Positions 28,139-36,915 of a DNA stretch of 64,000 nucleotides are shown in pieces. Source of the DNA: an uncultured Terracidiphilus sp. (GTDB lineage: Bacteria; Acidobacteriota; Terriglobia; Terriglobales; Acidobacteriaceae); contig CAZHKN010000001.1 in assembly GCA_964532725.1 (NCBI GenBank), forward strand, positions 561 through 64,560. Direction: 5' to 3'. The position numbers and the translations under genes are program-made. The notes beneath the pieces were generated by a model. It saw nothing but the letters and a program-made list of their open reading frames with translations. It was not told the origin of the DNA and searched no databases. How positions within the stretch are numbered: the stretch's first letter is position 1; each line of letters opens with the position of its first letter.

Positions 28139-30172
28139 ATGCCAACTGCCGCGCCTTCCCTCTCTACTCGCTCCCGAAGTTCGTCAAAGCCAACCATTGC
28201 CGCAGGCCCTGCGCCGAAGACTCCAGAGCAGGAGCAGAGCAGACATGCCGGCATCCTGCCTTCTGTCCCCCGCGCGATTCCTGTTGGGTTCGATGAAGAC
28301 GGAAGTGGGCGGCATTCGGCACAGGGGAGTTCGCATCGAGCGCCGCTCCACGCCGCGGCAAACGATTCTCAAGCTCTCTGGGCGCGTAGTTCCGCGGGCA
28401 GCTTGCTGCCGATGCAACGCAAACTAGCCGTCGGCGCGGCCAACGATCCGCTGGAAGCCGAGGCCGACCGGGTTGCGGAAGACGTGATGAGTCCCTCGGG
28501 CACAGCAGCGCCGATCTCATCCGGCGCCACCGCGCTTCGCCGCCAATGCGCCTGCGAAGGCAGCGGCCAACCCTGCGAAGACTGCGCAAAAAAGAAAGAA
28601 ACGGTGCAACGCAAGTGCGCGGGATCCGATGCCGGCATGGCCGCGCCCGCCGTGGTCGATCAAGTGCTGCAATCTCCGGGCCAGCCGCTCGATGCAGCGG
28701 TGCGCAGCCACATGGAACCGCGCTTCCAGGCCGATTTCAGCCGCGTGCGCGTACATACCGATGAGCGCGCATCGGAGTCAGCCCGCGCCGTGAACGCGCT
28801 GGCTTATACCGTGGGCAACAACCTGGTTTTTGCCTCCGGCCAATACCAACCGCGATCGAGGAGCGGCAGCAAGCTGCTGGCTCATGAACTGACGCATGTC
28901 TTGCAGCAGAACAGCGGGTCGATTCTGCGCCGCACCGGCTGCGGGACGAAGAAGATCGGCAATCCCGAGGGCTGCGAGGCTGGGCCGCGGGTCTTCACGC
29001 CGGGATCGACCTTTCGGTTTAACGTCGATTGCGATACCTGGTCGGGCAATGCCCGCAAAGGCGTGGAAGATTTCGCAAAGTTGCTGCCGTCGATCCTGAA
29101 CGTTCAGATCGATGCATATGCCAGCGTTGACGGTCCGGAGGCGTACAACGTCCGGCTGGCTTGCGCCCGGGCCCACGAGGCCAAAGCGGTACTGATGGAA
29201 AATGGGATTGCGCCCTCGCGGATCACCCGGATGATCGACCACGGCCCGACCCCGGGAAATGCCGCGGACCGTCGAAGTGTTGTGTTGTCGGCGGTCACCA
29301 CTGGCGGCGCACCGCAACCCAACACCCCAGCGCCGGGGCAGAATCAGCAGCAGCCAAACACGCAGCAGAACCAGCCCCAGCAAAACGAGCCTCAGAAACA
29401 GCCCAACCAAAATCAGCCCGCAAAACAACCGCAGCAAAATCAGCCCCAAAAACAACCGCCAACCCAGCCCTCGAAGCAGCCACCGCAGAACCAGCCACAA
29501 GGTCAGGGGCAAGGACAGAATCCACCGGCCCGGCCAGCGACTCCGCCGGATCCGTTGCTCGTCTTTCAGTTGCCGATTACCCCGTTGGGTGCGCAGCTTC
29601 CGCTCGGCGGACCGGGGGGCATTGGCTCCGGCCATCATCTCAGTACGCCGAGTTCTGCCTACTATCAGGTCTACCAGCCGAATATCGCCGCAGGGCTGGT
29701 TCTCAATTCGCGGCCCAACGACGCCAACCAGAATGTGCAACTGGGCGGCTTTGTGCAAATCGGCGAGAACTTCCCGCTGCCCGGCACCTCCCGTCCGCTT
29801 ACTCAGTCGGGGAACCGGACGATACTCACCGGTACAAATGCCCAGGCATACCTTCAGCCTTCGGTCGTCTTCTATAACAAGGACGGAACCCAGTTTTCGG
29901 TGCTCTTGCAGCCGGGGGTGGCGAGAACCTTCGCGAGCAGGGTGGCGGGGGAAAACGGCACCACGGTTAACCTCACGGGCGGAGTGCAGTGGACGCAGGA
30001 CATCGTGCCGAACCGCTGGCAGTTTTTCCTCACCATCACGGGCGGCGCGGCAGGAAGCTGGCTGGATTCCCCCGCTGCCGGTCAGTCCTCCTGGCAAGGC
30101 TGGCAGCCCTTCATCGGCCTCGGCGCTGGGATTCAGTTTGTGCCGCCGCTGATCAACTACAGCCCGAGATGA
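28139..30172 (+). CDS. DUF4157 (eCIS core) protein with OmpA-like domain, Q/P linker and C-terminal beta-strand domain
   Basis: QRKLAVGAANDPLEAEADRVA; PGQPLD...MEPRF..DFSRVRVHTD...ALAYTVG...LLAHELTHVLQQ; OmpA-like AYASVDG...YNVRLACARA...RRSVVL. Confidence 0.87.
   Translation: MPTAAPSLSTRSRSSSKPTIAAGPAPKTPEQEQSRHAGILPSVPRAIPVGFDEDGSGRHSAQGSSHRAPLHAAANDSQALWARSSAGSLLPMQRKLAVGAANDPLEAEADRVAEDVMSPSGTAAPISSGATALRRQCACEGSGQPCEDCAKKKETVQRKCAGSDAGMAAPAVVDQVLQSPGQPLDAAVRSHMEPRFQADFSRVRVHTDERASESARAVNALAYTVGNNLVFASGQYQPRSRSGSKLLAHELTHVLQQNSGSILRRTGCGTKKIGNPEGCEAGPRVFTPGSTFRFNVDCDTWSGNARKGVEDFAKLLPSILNVQIDAYASVDGPEAYNVRLACARAHEAKAVLMENGIAPSRITRMIDHGPTPGNAADRRSVVLSAVTTGGAPQPNTPAPGQNQQQPNTQQNQPQQNEPQKQPNQNQPAKQPQQNQPQKQPPTQPSKQPPQNQPQGQGQGQNPPARPATPPDPLLVFQLPITPLGAQLPLGGPGGIGSGHHLSTPSSAYYQVYQPNIAAGLVLNSRPNDANQNVQLGGFVQIGENFPLPGTSRPLTQSGNRTILTGTNAQAYLQPSVVFYNKDGTQFSVLLQPGVARTFASRVAGENGTTVNLTGGVQWTQDIVPNRWQFFLTITGGAAGSWLDSPAAGQSSWQGWQPFIGLGAGIQFVPPLINYSPR
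29320..29530 (+). repeat. Low-complexity coding repeat (QNQPQ/KQP units)
   Basis: Imperfect CAG/CAA/AAC/CCC-rich tandem units encoding QNQQQPNTQQNQPQQNEPQKQPNQNQPAKQPQQNQPQKQPP. Confidence 0.8.
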
Positions 30173-30305
30173 GAGACGCGCACGCACGGGAGCTGGCCTT
30201 GAAGCACCGCTTGGCAAAGATCAATCCGAAGCGCGCAGATCGATCCTGCATTGCCATGCAATTGTGGGAGCAGGGCTGGTTGCGCAGCCGCCCTGGAGGT
30301 TGCAG

Positions 30306-33300
30306 ATGACCGCCGTTGCGGCCTTGGCGCAGACGCGCAAGAGCGGACGCGGCCCTCGGCCTGCACAGCAGAGCGCCCCTGCCGAAGGCGCTTATGCAAA
30401 CGCGTGTGGCCAACAAAACGCGACTCAGCCTCCGGCGCGGATTGTCGCGCCGCTGATTCATGCGGCAACACCATTCCCGCTGCGACCACTGCCACTGCAA
30501 CGCAAGCTGGCGGTTGGAGAAACAGACGATCCGCTGGAGGCCGAGGCCGATGCCGTAGCGGAGAGCGTCTTGAGCGGCGGCGCGCTCACGTCCATCCAAC
30601 CTGGCGCGCCGGCGGTGCGCCGCAAGGCTGCCGGAGTGGTCACTCCCACGGAAGCGCCGCCGATTGTGCATCAGGTTCTCCGCTCTCCCGGCCAGGCCCT
30701 CGACTCACCAACGCGGTCGTTCATGGAGTCGCGCTTTGGGCAAGACTTCGCGCAGGTTCGAATCCATACCGGTCCGTCGGCGGGCGCGTCGGCGCAGGCC
30801 GTGCAGGCGCAGGCCTGGACGCTGGGCAACAATGTGGTCTTCGCTCCGGGGAAATACGATCCCGCTTCCCGCGAAGGCAAGCGTCTGCTGGCCCACGAGC
30901 TGACTCACACCATTCAACAGCAGTATGCCGGTGGGCACCGCAATCTGGCCCGCATGCCGGGGATCTCTTCTGCTCATTCCCACTGCATTCAGCGCGACCC
31001 GGCGGCAGACGAGGCTGCCCGCATCGCCAAACTGGTGCAGGAATACGATGACGAACTGGCCAAGGCGCGTACTTCTGGCGATTGGAAGATTGTCGCTGAA
31101 AAGCTCAACGGATTTGCGCCGGCAGACATCGTCAAGCGGCTGGAAAAACTCACCTCGGCAGAGGTGACTTCAATGCACGCCGGGGCAGCGGCGAATAAGG
31201 CGGTCGGCCCCAACTCCAATGCGGCGCTTTATTCCCTGCCCGGCTGGAGCGACGGGGTGAAGTGGAATAAGGGCGTCAAGAGCGTGAGCCAAGTGCGCCG
31301 TATTCCTATCGAGGGGCTGCGCGAGGGCAATCAAAACGCAGACCTGGACACAGACCCGGACAAGAAGAAAGAGGCAGAGGCGAGGAAGAAGACGACGGCA
31401 GAGTCCGCGAACGGCAAGGCGATTGTGTTGATGCCCGACGGACTCGACTTGAGCAAGCCGGTCGAAGTGCTGCTTTTTCTGCATGGGCACAACATCGGCT
31501 ATCGGGAACGCGGAGAAAAGAACGACGATCCGGGCACTGTGCGGGATGTAGAGTATGACCGCATGGAGCAGCAGATCAAAGCCAGCGGCCATCCGATGAT
31601 CGGAATACTGCCTCAAGGTACGAGAGGCTCGGGGTTTGGACCGAATTTCAACAGCGATCCTTATATAGCGGATGTCTTTCGCGTGCTTTCAAGCCAAGGG
31701 GCCTTCGGGGACCAGCCCGCGCCTCAGATTTCGCGGGTTATCTTCGGCGGGCATAGCGGCGCGGGCGCGCCGATCGCCGACATTCTCGGAGAAAAAGGCC
31801 AGCCGCGCCTCTCCGCCAAAATCGGCGAGGTTGCGCTCTTTGACGCAATCAACGGACCCAATGAATTAGGCAAGGTGACGCATTGGGTTACGGAGCGCCT
31901 GAACCTCGATCTGGCGGAACTTACCAAGGCGGGCACTACCGAAGCTCAACAGCTTGCCTACCTGCAAACCAGCATGCGCTTCCGCGCTTACTATACCAAC
32001 TCGTCTTATAAAGAACGGCATGAGACTTTGAACGCATCGATTGTGAATTGGTTCTCAGGCCACAAGAAGGAACTGGGCGGAGAAAAATCGCCTACATTCA
32101 AAGCTCTCCGCGACAATTACCAGGTGATTCCGGTCGGCCATGGAGACCATAACATGATTGTTGGCCGGGGCAGCAAGATGGAGGACGCCATCGATCACCT
32201 GCCTCAGGGCAGCGCGCCGGCCAGCGGCTCAAACACTGCGCCGCCCAGCACATCCGGCAGCGCAGGGCCGCCGGATACCATCCAACGCAAAGCGGAGAAT
32301 GCCGCGCCGGTTGAGTCCGCCGCGCTGCCGCTTGCTGAAGAGGTGATTCGTTCTTCAGGCCGTCCGCTCGATCAATCTTTGCGGAGCTTCTTTCAGCCGC
32401 GATTTAATCGCGACCTCAGCCAGGTGCGCGTGCATACGGATGATCGGGCCGCTCAATCCGCCCGCGCTCTTCATGCCCGCGCTTATGCTGTGAACTCCAA
32501 TCTGGTTTTTGCCGATGGCCAATACGATCCGCACAGCGCACTCGGCAGGCGATTGATTGCGCATGAACTGGCGCATGTGGCGCAGCAGGATAAGCCGGCA
32601 GCCGCGCCCCGCAATACCGTGCGGCGAAATGTTGTTCCACCGGATCTGAACCCGATCCGCGCCGATGAAGCCGGCAAGAAGCTAAAGACTTTTACCTACG
32701 GGGAGTTCTTGATCTTTGTACCGGACAAAGTGAGCAAAGCCGCCACCGGCCCGTTGAACGTGCATGTATTCTTCTCTGCCGGAGCGGTCCAGGGCGATCA
32801 GGGCAACGATGTTCTGACGCACGGCATGCGCGGCGCCTCTGCCGGCACGGATTGGGTGATGATTGGCGTGCCTGCCTTCCCGGCAACCAACACCATCAGC
32901 GACGCGGAGATCGTCGAGAGCCTGAAGAGCGTTGGCATCTACCGGCCAATGACCTCGCTGCGCCTCTCCGGACACAGCCGCGGCGGCTCCAGGCTCGTGA
33001 ACTCCGTCGACCCGAGCAAGATCACTACTTTGTCGCTGATCGACCGCGTGACGCTTCTCGATACCGAAGACAATCCCGATCCCGCGAGTCCCGATCACAA
33101 GACCATCACTCCCAAGTCCGAGCAGCTCAGGCAGAAGGGCATTCCCGCAGCCAAGATCGTCTCCTATGAAGTGAATGTGCATAAGCGCCATATTCCGGGG
33201 GTTCACTATATTCCTCTCAGCAGCGGAGCAATGTCGGCTATCGGATACGTGCGGTTGATTGAGGATTCAATGGTGACGAAGCCGGGCATCTCCGCGCTGG

Positions 33301-33653
33301 TCAGCGGTAACCCGGCCATCAAGAACCAGCTCGATTCGCTGCATAAGGTCAAGCCGAAGGCCGCCTCCGGTTCCGCGCCCGCGGGCACCACTACCCCAAT
33401 GCCTGCGCGAGGCAGCTTTACGACCGGTGCTCCGAAGCCAGGGCAGGTAAGCTTACAAACCTTCAGTAATGATTACAACCCGGAAATTCAGGCGATTCTC
33501 AATCAGGACAACAGCAAAAACGGGCTATTGAAGTTCATCAATGACAATGATCTGGTCCGCTTCAACAATGGCCCTCGACCCTACGTTTTCAGCCGCGCCA
33601 TCTCCGCGCATCATTTCTTTGTGGCGGAGGTCGCGCATGAACTCACTGAGTAG
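30306..33653 (+). CDS. Double DUF4157 protein with two alpha/beta-hydrolase-like domains
   Basis: DUF4157 motifs LLAHELTHTIQQ and LIAHELAHVAQQ; hydrolase motifs LLFLHGHN...GGHSGAG...LFDA...GHGDH and SGHSRGG...LLDT...AHH. GGAGG precedes the ATG at 30306. Confidence 0.87.
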   Translation: MTAVAALAQTRKSGRGPRPAQQSAPAEGAYANACGQQNATQPPARIVAPLIHAATPFPLRPLPLQRKLAVGETDDPLEAEADAVAESVLSGGALTSIQPGAPAVRRKAAGVVTPTEAPPIVHQVLRSPGQALDSPTRSFMESRFGQDFAQVRIHTGPSAGASAQAVQAQAWTLGNNVVFAPGKYDPASREGKRLLAHELTHTIQQQYAGGHRNLARMPGISSAHSHCIQRDPAADEAARIAKLVQEYDDELAKARTSGDWKIVAEKLNGFAPADIVKRLEKLTSAEVTSMHAGAAANKAVGPNSNAALYSLPGWSDGVKWNKGVKSVSQVRRIPIEGLREGNQNADLDTDPDKKKEAEARKKTTAESANGKAIVLMPDGLDLSKPVEVLLFLHGHNIGYRERGEKNDDPGTVRDVEYDRMEQQIKASGHPMIGILPQGTRGSGFGPNFNSDPYIADVFRVLSSQGAFGDQPAPQISRVIFGGHSGAGAPIADILGEKGQPRLSAKIGEVALFDAINGPNELGKVTHWVTERLNLDLAELTKAGTTEAQQLAYLQTSMRFRAYYTNSSYKERHETLNASIVNWFSGHKKELGGEKSPTFKALRDNYQVIPVGHGDHNMIVGRGSKMEDAIDHLPQGSAPASGSNTAPPSTSGSAGPPDTIQRKAENAAPVESAALPLAEEVIRSSGRPLDQSLRSFFQPRFNRDLSQVRVHTDDRAAQSARALHARAYAVNSNLVFADGQYDPHSALGRRLIAHELAHVAQQDKPAAAPRNTVRRNVVPPDLNPIRADEAGKKLKTFTYGEFLIFVPDKVSKAATGPLNVHVFFSAGAVQGDQGNDVLTHGMRGASAGTDWVMIGVPAFPATNTISDAEIVESLKSVGIYRPMTSLRLSGHSRGGSRLVNSVDPSKITTLSLIDRVTLLDTEDNPDPASPDHKTITPKSEQLRQKGIPAAKIVSYEVNVHKRHIPGVHYIPLSSGAMSAIGYVRLIEDSMVTKPGISALVSGNPAIKNQLDSLHKVKPKAASGSAPAGTTTPMPARGSFTTGAPKPGQVSLQTFSNDYNPEIQAILNQDNSKNGLLKFINDNDLVRFNNGPRPYVFSRAISAHHFFVAEVAHELTE

Positions 33654-33785
33654 AGGCTGTTTCATAACCGAATCTGGTGCATTGCGGGCTGTTTCCTCAG
33701 GGGCTAAAGCCCGCGATTTTACTGGCTCCGTAGCGGCACGGCTGAAGCCGTGCCCTTTCAAAACCGGGTAATGAAACAGCTTCTA
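33651..33785. mobile_element. MITE-like element carrying REP-like hairpins
   Basis: Terminal inverted repeats TAGAGGCTGTTTCAT / ATGAAACAGCTTCTA (14/15); internal hairpins GGGCT-AA-AGCCC and GGCACGGCT-GA-AGCCGTGCC. Confidence 0.7.
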
Positions 33786-33842
33786 GTTTGTTCGGCGAAA
33801 AATAATCAAGCGGCAGAGACGCAATTGCATAGGAGGCCCCGA

Positions 33843-35441
33843 ATGATAACCCGATCGATTGCTGATGCTTCCCGGTCCTCGCATTCTGGCGCGCGCTCGA
33901 ATTTGTGCGGCGCGTGTCCCGCCTCTGCGATTCGAGAACGCAACGCAGCAGCGCATCCGACCCTGCTGCCCGCGCGGCCTGCGGCGATTCCTGTCAACAC
34001 TGCTCCGCGTCCGCGATTGCCGGGCGTACGCGAGGCGCTAGAGTCCCCTGGCCAGCCGCTTGACGAGCAGACCCGCGCCTTTGTTGAGCCGCGCTTCGGG
34101 CGCGATTTCAGTGCAGTCCGCCTGCACACGGACACAAGAGCGTCTGACTCGGCGAGCGCCGTGAACGCGCTGGCCTATACCGCCGGCAATCACATTGTTT
34201 TTGACCGGGGCCGCTATGCTCCCGAAACCGCCAGCGGCCGCCGCTTGCTGATTCACGAACTGGCGCATGTGGCCCAGCAAGGCAGCCGCCCCGCCCCGCT
34301 AGAGAGCGATTGGCAGCTGGGCAACCCCTCGAGCGCAACCGAACGAGCCGCCGATGCCGCTGTCCCTGCTGTCGAATACGGGCCGCGCATGCATGGATCA
34401 GTACTGAGTTCGCAACTTGCAGCGATGGCCCCCTCGCAACCCATTCTTCATCGCGCCGTCGCCACCTGGGGCGGGGAGTGGGATACGGCAACTTACAAGG
34501 AGCGGGCCACCAAGGACGGTATCGAAGAAATCAAACTCCATTTCAAGCCTAAGGACCCCGTTGACGCCACCCTGATCGGCGTTGTGCAGGACGTGGTCAG
34601 CAAGAACAGTAACACGGTCGTTACGCCAGATGTGGCCCCAGATCACACTATCAAGGACCGCTCACTTCCCGCCGGTCCCGGCGAGGGGGTCAACATCGAC
34701 CAGAACGCGCCTTTCCGCAATCCTCTCTACGCGACCGGCGCAGGCAAAGCCAACGATCACCTCTGGGATACTCCTGTTGAAACCGCGCCCGAGGTGGGGA
34801 CGCACGGCTTCCACCACCGCGACGGAAAAGGCGTCCTCCATGAGAAGGATGCCGTGATGAGGGATACTCCGCAAATACCCGGCGCGGGTCCTAATTCCAG
34901 CCAGATATTTGAAGACACGGCCTTGGCCGTTACCGGCGTTCAGACCGGCGCGACCTACGGCTCTGTCCAATGGGGCTGGAAGATCGACGCCGCCGGTAAA
35001 TTCTCCAAATTGCCGTTGACCAAGATCTCCGACGATGCGCCCAGCGGCACATTCAAGCAGGCCCAGAGCCTGTGGAACAAGAGCAAGAACTCGGCAGGGG
35101 AGGACCTGATCAAGTTCTACACTGCTTCGGGAAAATTCATTCAGGACGCCGATACACCCTTGGTCGCCGACCCCGCCGACGCCGCAAAAACCGAGATCGC
35201 CAAGCTCGCCAAGGACACCCGGGTGGAGATGATCGACATCGGCGTAGGTCAAAAATTCAACCTCCCCGATCCCAAAGCCGCCGGCGGCAAGGGGTCCGCG
35301 CCCAAAGCCGGCGCGCCAAAGCCGCAATGGCATAAAATTACCGTCACCGAAGGCGCCGAAAAAGGTAAAACCGGCTGGGTTCTGGCCAGCCAGCTAGCAA
35401 ACACCAAAGCCAAACCACCGGCTGCACAGGCAGCGCCTTAG
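33843..35441 (+). CDS. DUF4157 protein with unknown central domain and C-terminal SH3b-like domain
   Basis: LLIHELAHVAQQ; C-terminal LAKDTRVEMI...WHKITVTEG...GKTGWVLASQL. AGGAGG precedes the ATG at 33843. Confidence 0.85.
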   Translation: MITRSIADASRSSHSGARSNLCGACPASAIRERNAAAHPTLLPARPAAIPVNTAPRPRLPGVREALESPGQPLDEQTRAFVEPRFGRDFSAVRLHTDTRASDSASAVNALAYTAGNHIVFDRGRYAPETASGRRLLIHELAHVAQQGSRPAPLESDWQLGNPSSATERAADAAVPAVEYGPRMHGSVLSSQLAAMAPSQPILHRAVATWGGEWDTATYKERATKDGIEEIKLHFKPKDPVDATLIGVVQDVVSKNSNTVVTPDVAPDHTIKDRSLPAGPGEGVNIDQNAPFRNPLYATGAGKANDHLWDTPVETAPEVGTHGFHHRDGKGVLHEKDAVMRDTPQIPGAGPNSSQIFEDTALAVTGVQTGATYGSVQWGWKIDAAGKFSKLPLTKISDDAPSGTFKQAQSLWNKSKNSAGEDLIKFYTASGKFIQDADTPLVADPADAAKTEIAKLAKDTRVEMIDIGVGQKFNLPDPKAAGGKGSAPKAGAPKPQWHKITVTEGAEKGKTGWVLASQLANTKAKPPAAQAAP

Positions 35442-35464
35442 CAGGAACACCTTTGGAGGTTCGA

Positions 35465-36847
35465 ATGACCAGCTTCTCCGCTTTTGATTCATCGCGCCCC
35501 GCGAAGACGGCAGCGCACTCAGTCCTGCCCATCGCCCTCTCTGCCTCGGCGATTCGCGAACGCAATGCTGGTGCTCACCGAACGCTGTTGCCCGCGCTGC
35601 CCTCGGCAATTCCCGCCAACGCCGCATCGCGCCTGCCGGTGCAGCGCAAGCTCGCCGTTGGAGCGGTGAACGATCCGCTCGAATCCGAGGCCGATGCGAT
35701 GGCCGCGCAGGTTCTGAGCGGAGCGCCTGTTGCCAGCCCCTCCGCCGCCGCTGCTGCGTTGCATCGCCAATCTTCAGGTGCTGCCGTTCCCTCGGTTGAG
35801 GCTCCGGCCAGCGTACATCAGGCGCTGCACTCGCCGGGACAGCCGCTCGACGCCACAACCCGCGCTTCCCTGGAGCCGCGCTTTGGCCGAGACCTGAGCC
35901 GGGTGCGCATCCACACCGGCCCGCAGGCGGCGCAATCAGCCGCAGAGGTGCAGGCGAACGCGTATACCGTCGGCCAAGATGTTTTTTTTGCCGCAGGGCG
36001 CTACAATCCCCACTCCGGCGAGGGCAAACGTCTGCTGGCGCATGAACTCAGTCATACCGTTCAGCAATCCGGCGGCGGCTCCGTGGTGCAGCGCGATCCA
36101 ACCTCGCAGGCGGCAGCAACCACCGAGCAGAAGAAGAAGGTGGTCACAGTTCCGCTGCCGCCCGACTTTGCCAATCGCTTCCAACTCACGCCCCCCTCGC
36201 TTCTTGCGCCTCCCAAGCAGCCGTCCCTGTTTTCGCCCGGAACCCTTTCGCTCGATAAGCCCAAGACGGACACTTCCGCACCCATTGACTTCAGCAAGCC
36301 GCTCACGCATCCCCTTGTGCCTACGCTTCAGCCCAATCTGCTCAGTCCGCCGCCGCTGGCTCCGTATAGTCCGGCCAGCCCAGGACTCTTTCCGCCGGGC
36401 CAGGGCAAAGCGCCGGGTGCTCCGGCAGCCGCGCCAGACGCCCCTGCCCGCATCGCGCTCAAGGACGTGGGAGACGTCAACCTGGGGTTGCGCGTCGGCA
36501 TGCCCACTGCCTCCAATGACTCCAAGCCCGGCCAGGCGCCCTCCGCGTCCGCGGAGGCCACCAAGCAGGCGGAGATCATCAACTATCACTTCACGGGGCA
36601 GCCGCCCAGCGCCTATGGCCTTGATCCGGGCAAACTGGTCGGCGGAATCTGGGGAATCATTGCCTATGACCTTGCTCCCGATCTGGCGCGCAGCATTGCA
36701 AACAAGGTCACCAGCAAGCCCAGCACAACGGGGGTCTCGGCACAGGTCGATCTGAATATAATCCTGAAATTCCCCAGCGGCTCAGGCCCCACCGCAACCC
36801 CATTCGGGGGAGGCGCGGGAGCCACGTTGACAGTAACCTTCCCCTGA
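35465..36847 (+). CDS. DUF4157 protein with Pro-rich region and unknown C-terminal domain
   Basis: QRKLAVGAVNDPLESEADAMA; LLAHELSHTVQQ; GGAGG precedes the ATG at 35465. Confidence 0.85.
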   Translation: MTSFSAFDSSRPAKTAAHSVLPIALSASAIRERNAGAHRTLLPALPSAIPANAASRLPVQRKLAVGAVNDPLESEADAMAAQVLSGAPVASPSAAAAALHRQSSGAAVPSVEAPASVHQALHSPGQPLDATTRASLEPRFGRDLSRVRIHTGPQAAQSAAEVQANAYTVGQDVFFAAGRYNPHSGEGKRLLAHELSHTVQQSGGGSVVQRDPTSQAAATTEQKKKVVTVPLPPDFANRFQLTPPSLLAPPKQPSLFSPGTLSLDKPKTDTSAPIDFSKPLTHPLVPTLQPNLLSPPPLAPYSPASPGLFPPGQGKAPGAPAAAPDAPARIALKDVGDVNLGLRVGMPTASNDSKPGQAPSASAEATKQAEIINYHFTGQPPSAYGLDPGKLVGGIWGIIAYDLAPDLARSIANKVTSKPSTTGVSAQVDLNIILKFPSGSGPTATPFGGGAGATLTVTFP

Positions 36848-36915
36848 TTTGTTTGCCACGAGCAATGCCAAAGATATAGCCCAGAAAAATGATTGAGCGG
36901 CGGAGGAATTGAATC

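Noticed and set aside
29320-29530. Possible CRISPR array or VNTR
   Set aside because: Irregular in-frame Q/P/N coding repeats with no constant repeat-spacer pattern and no cas genes.
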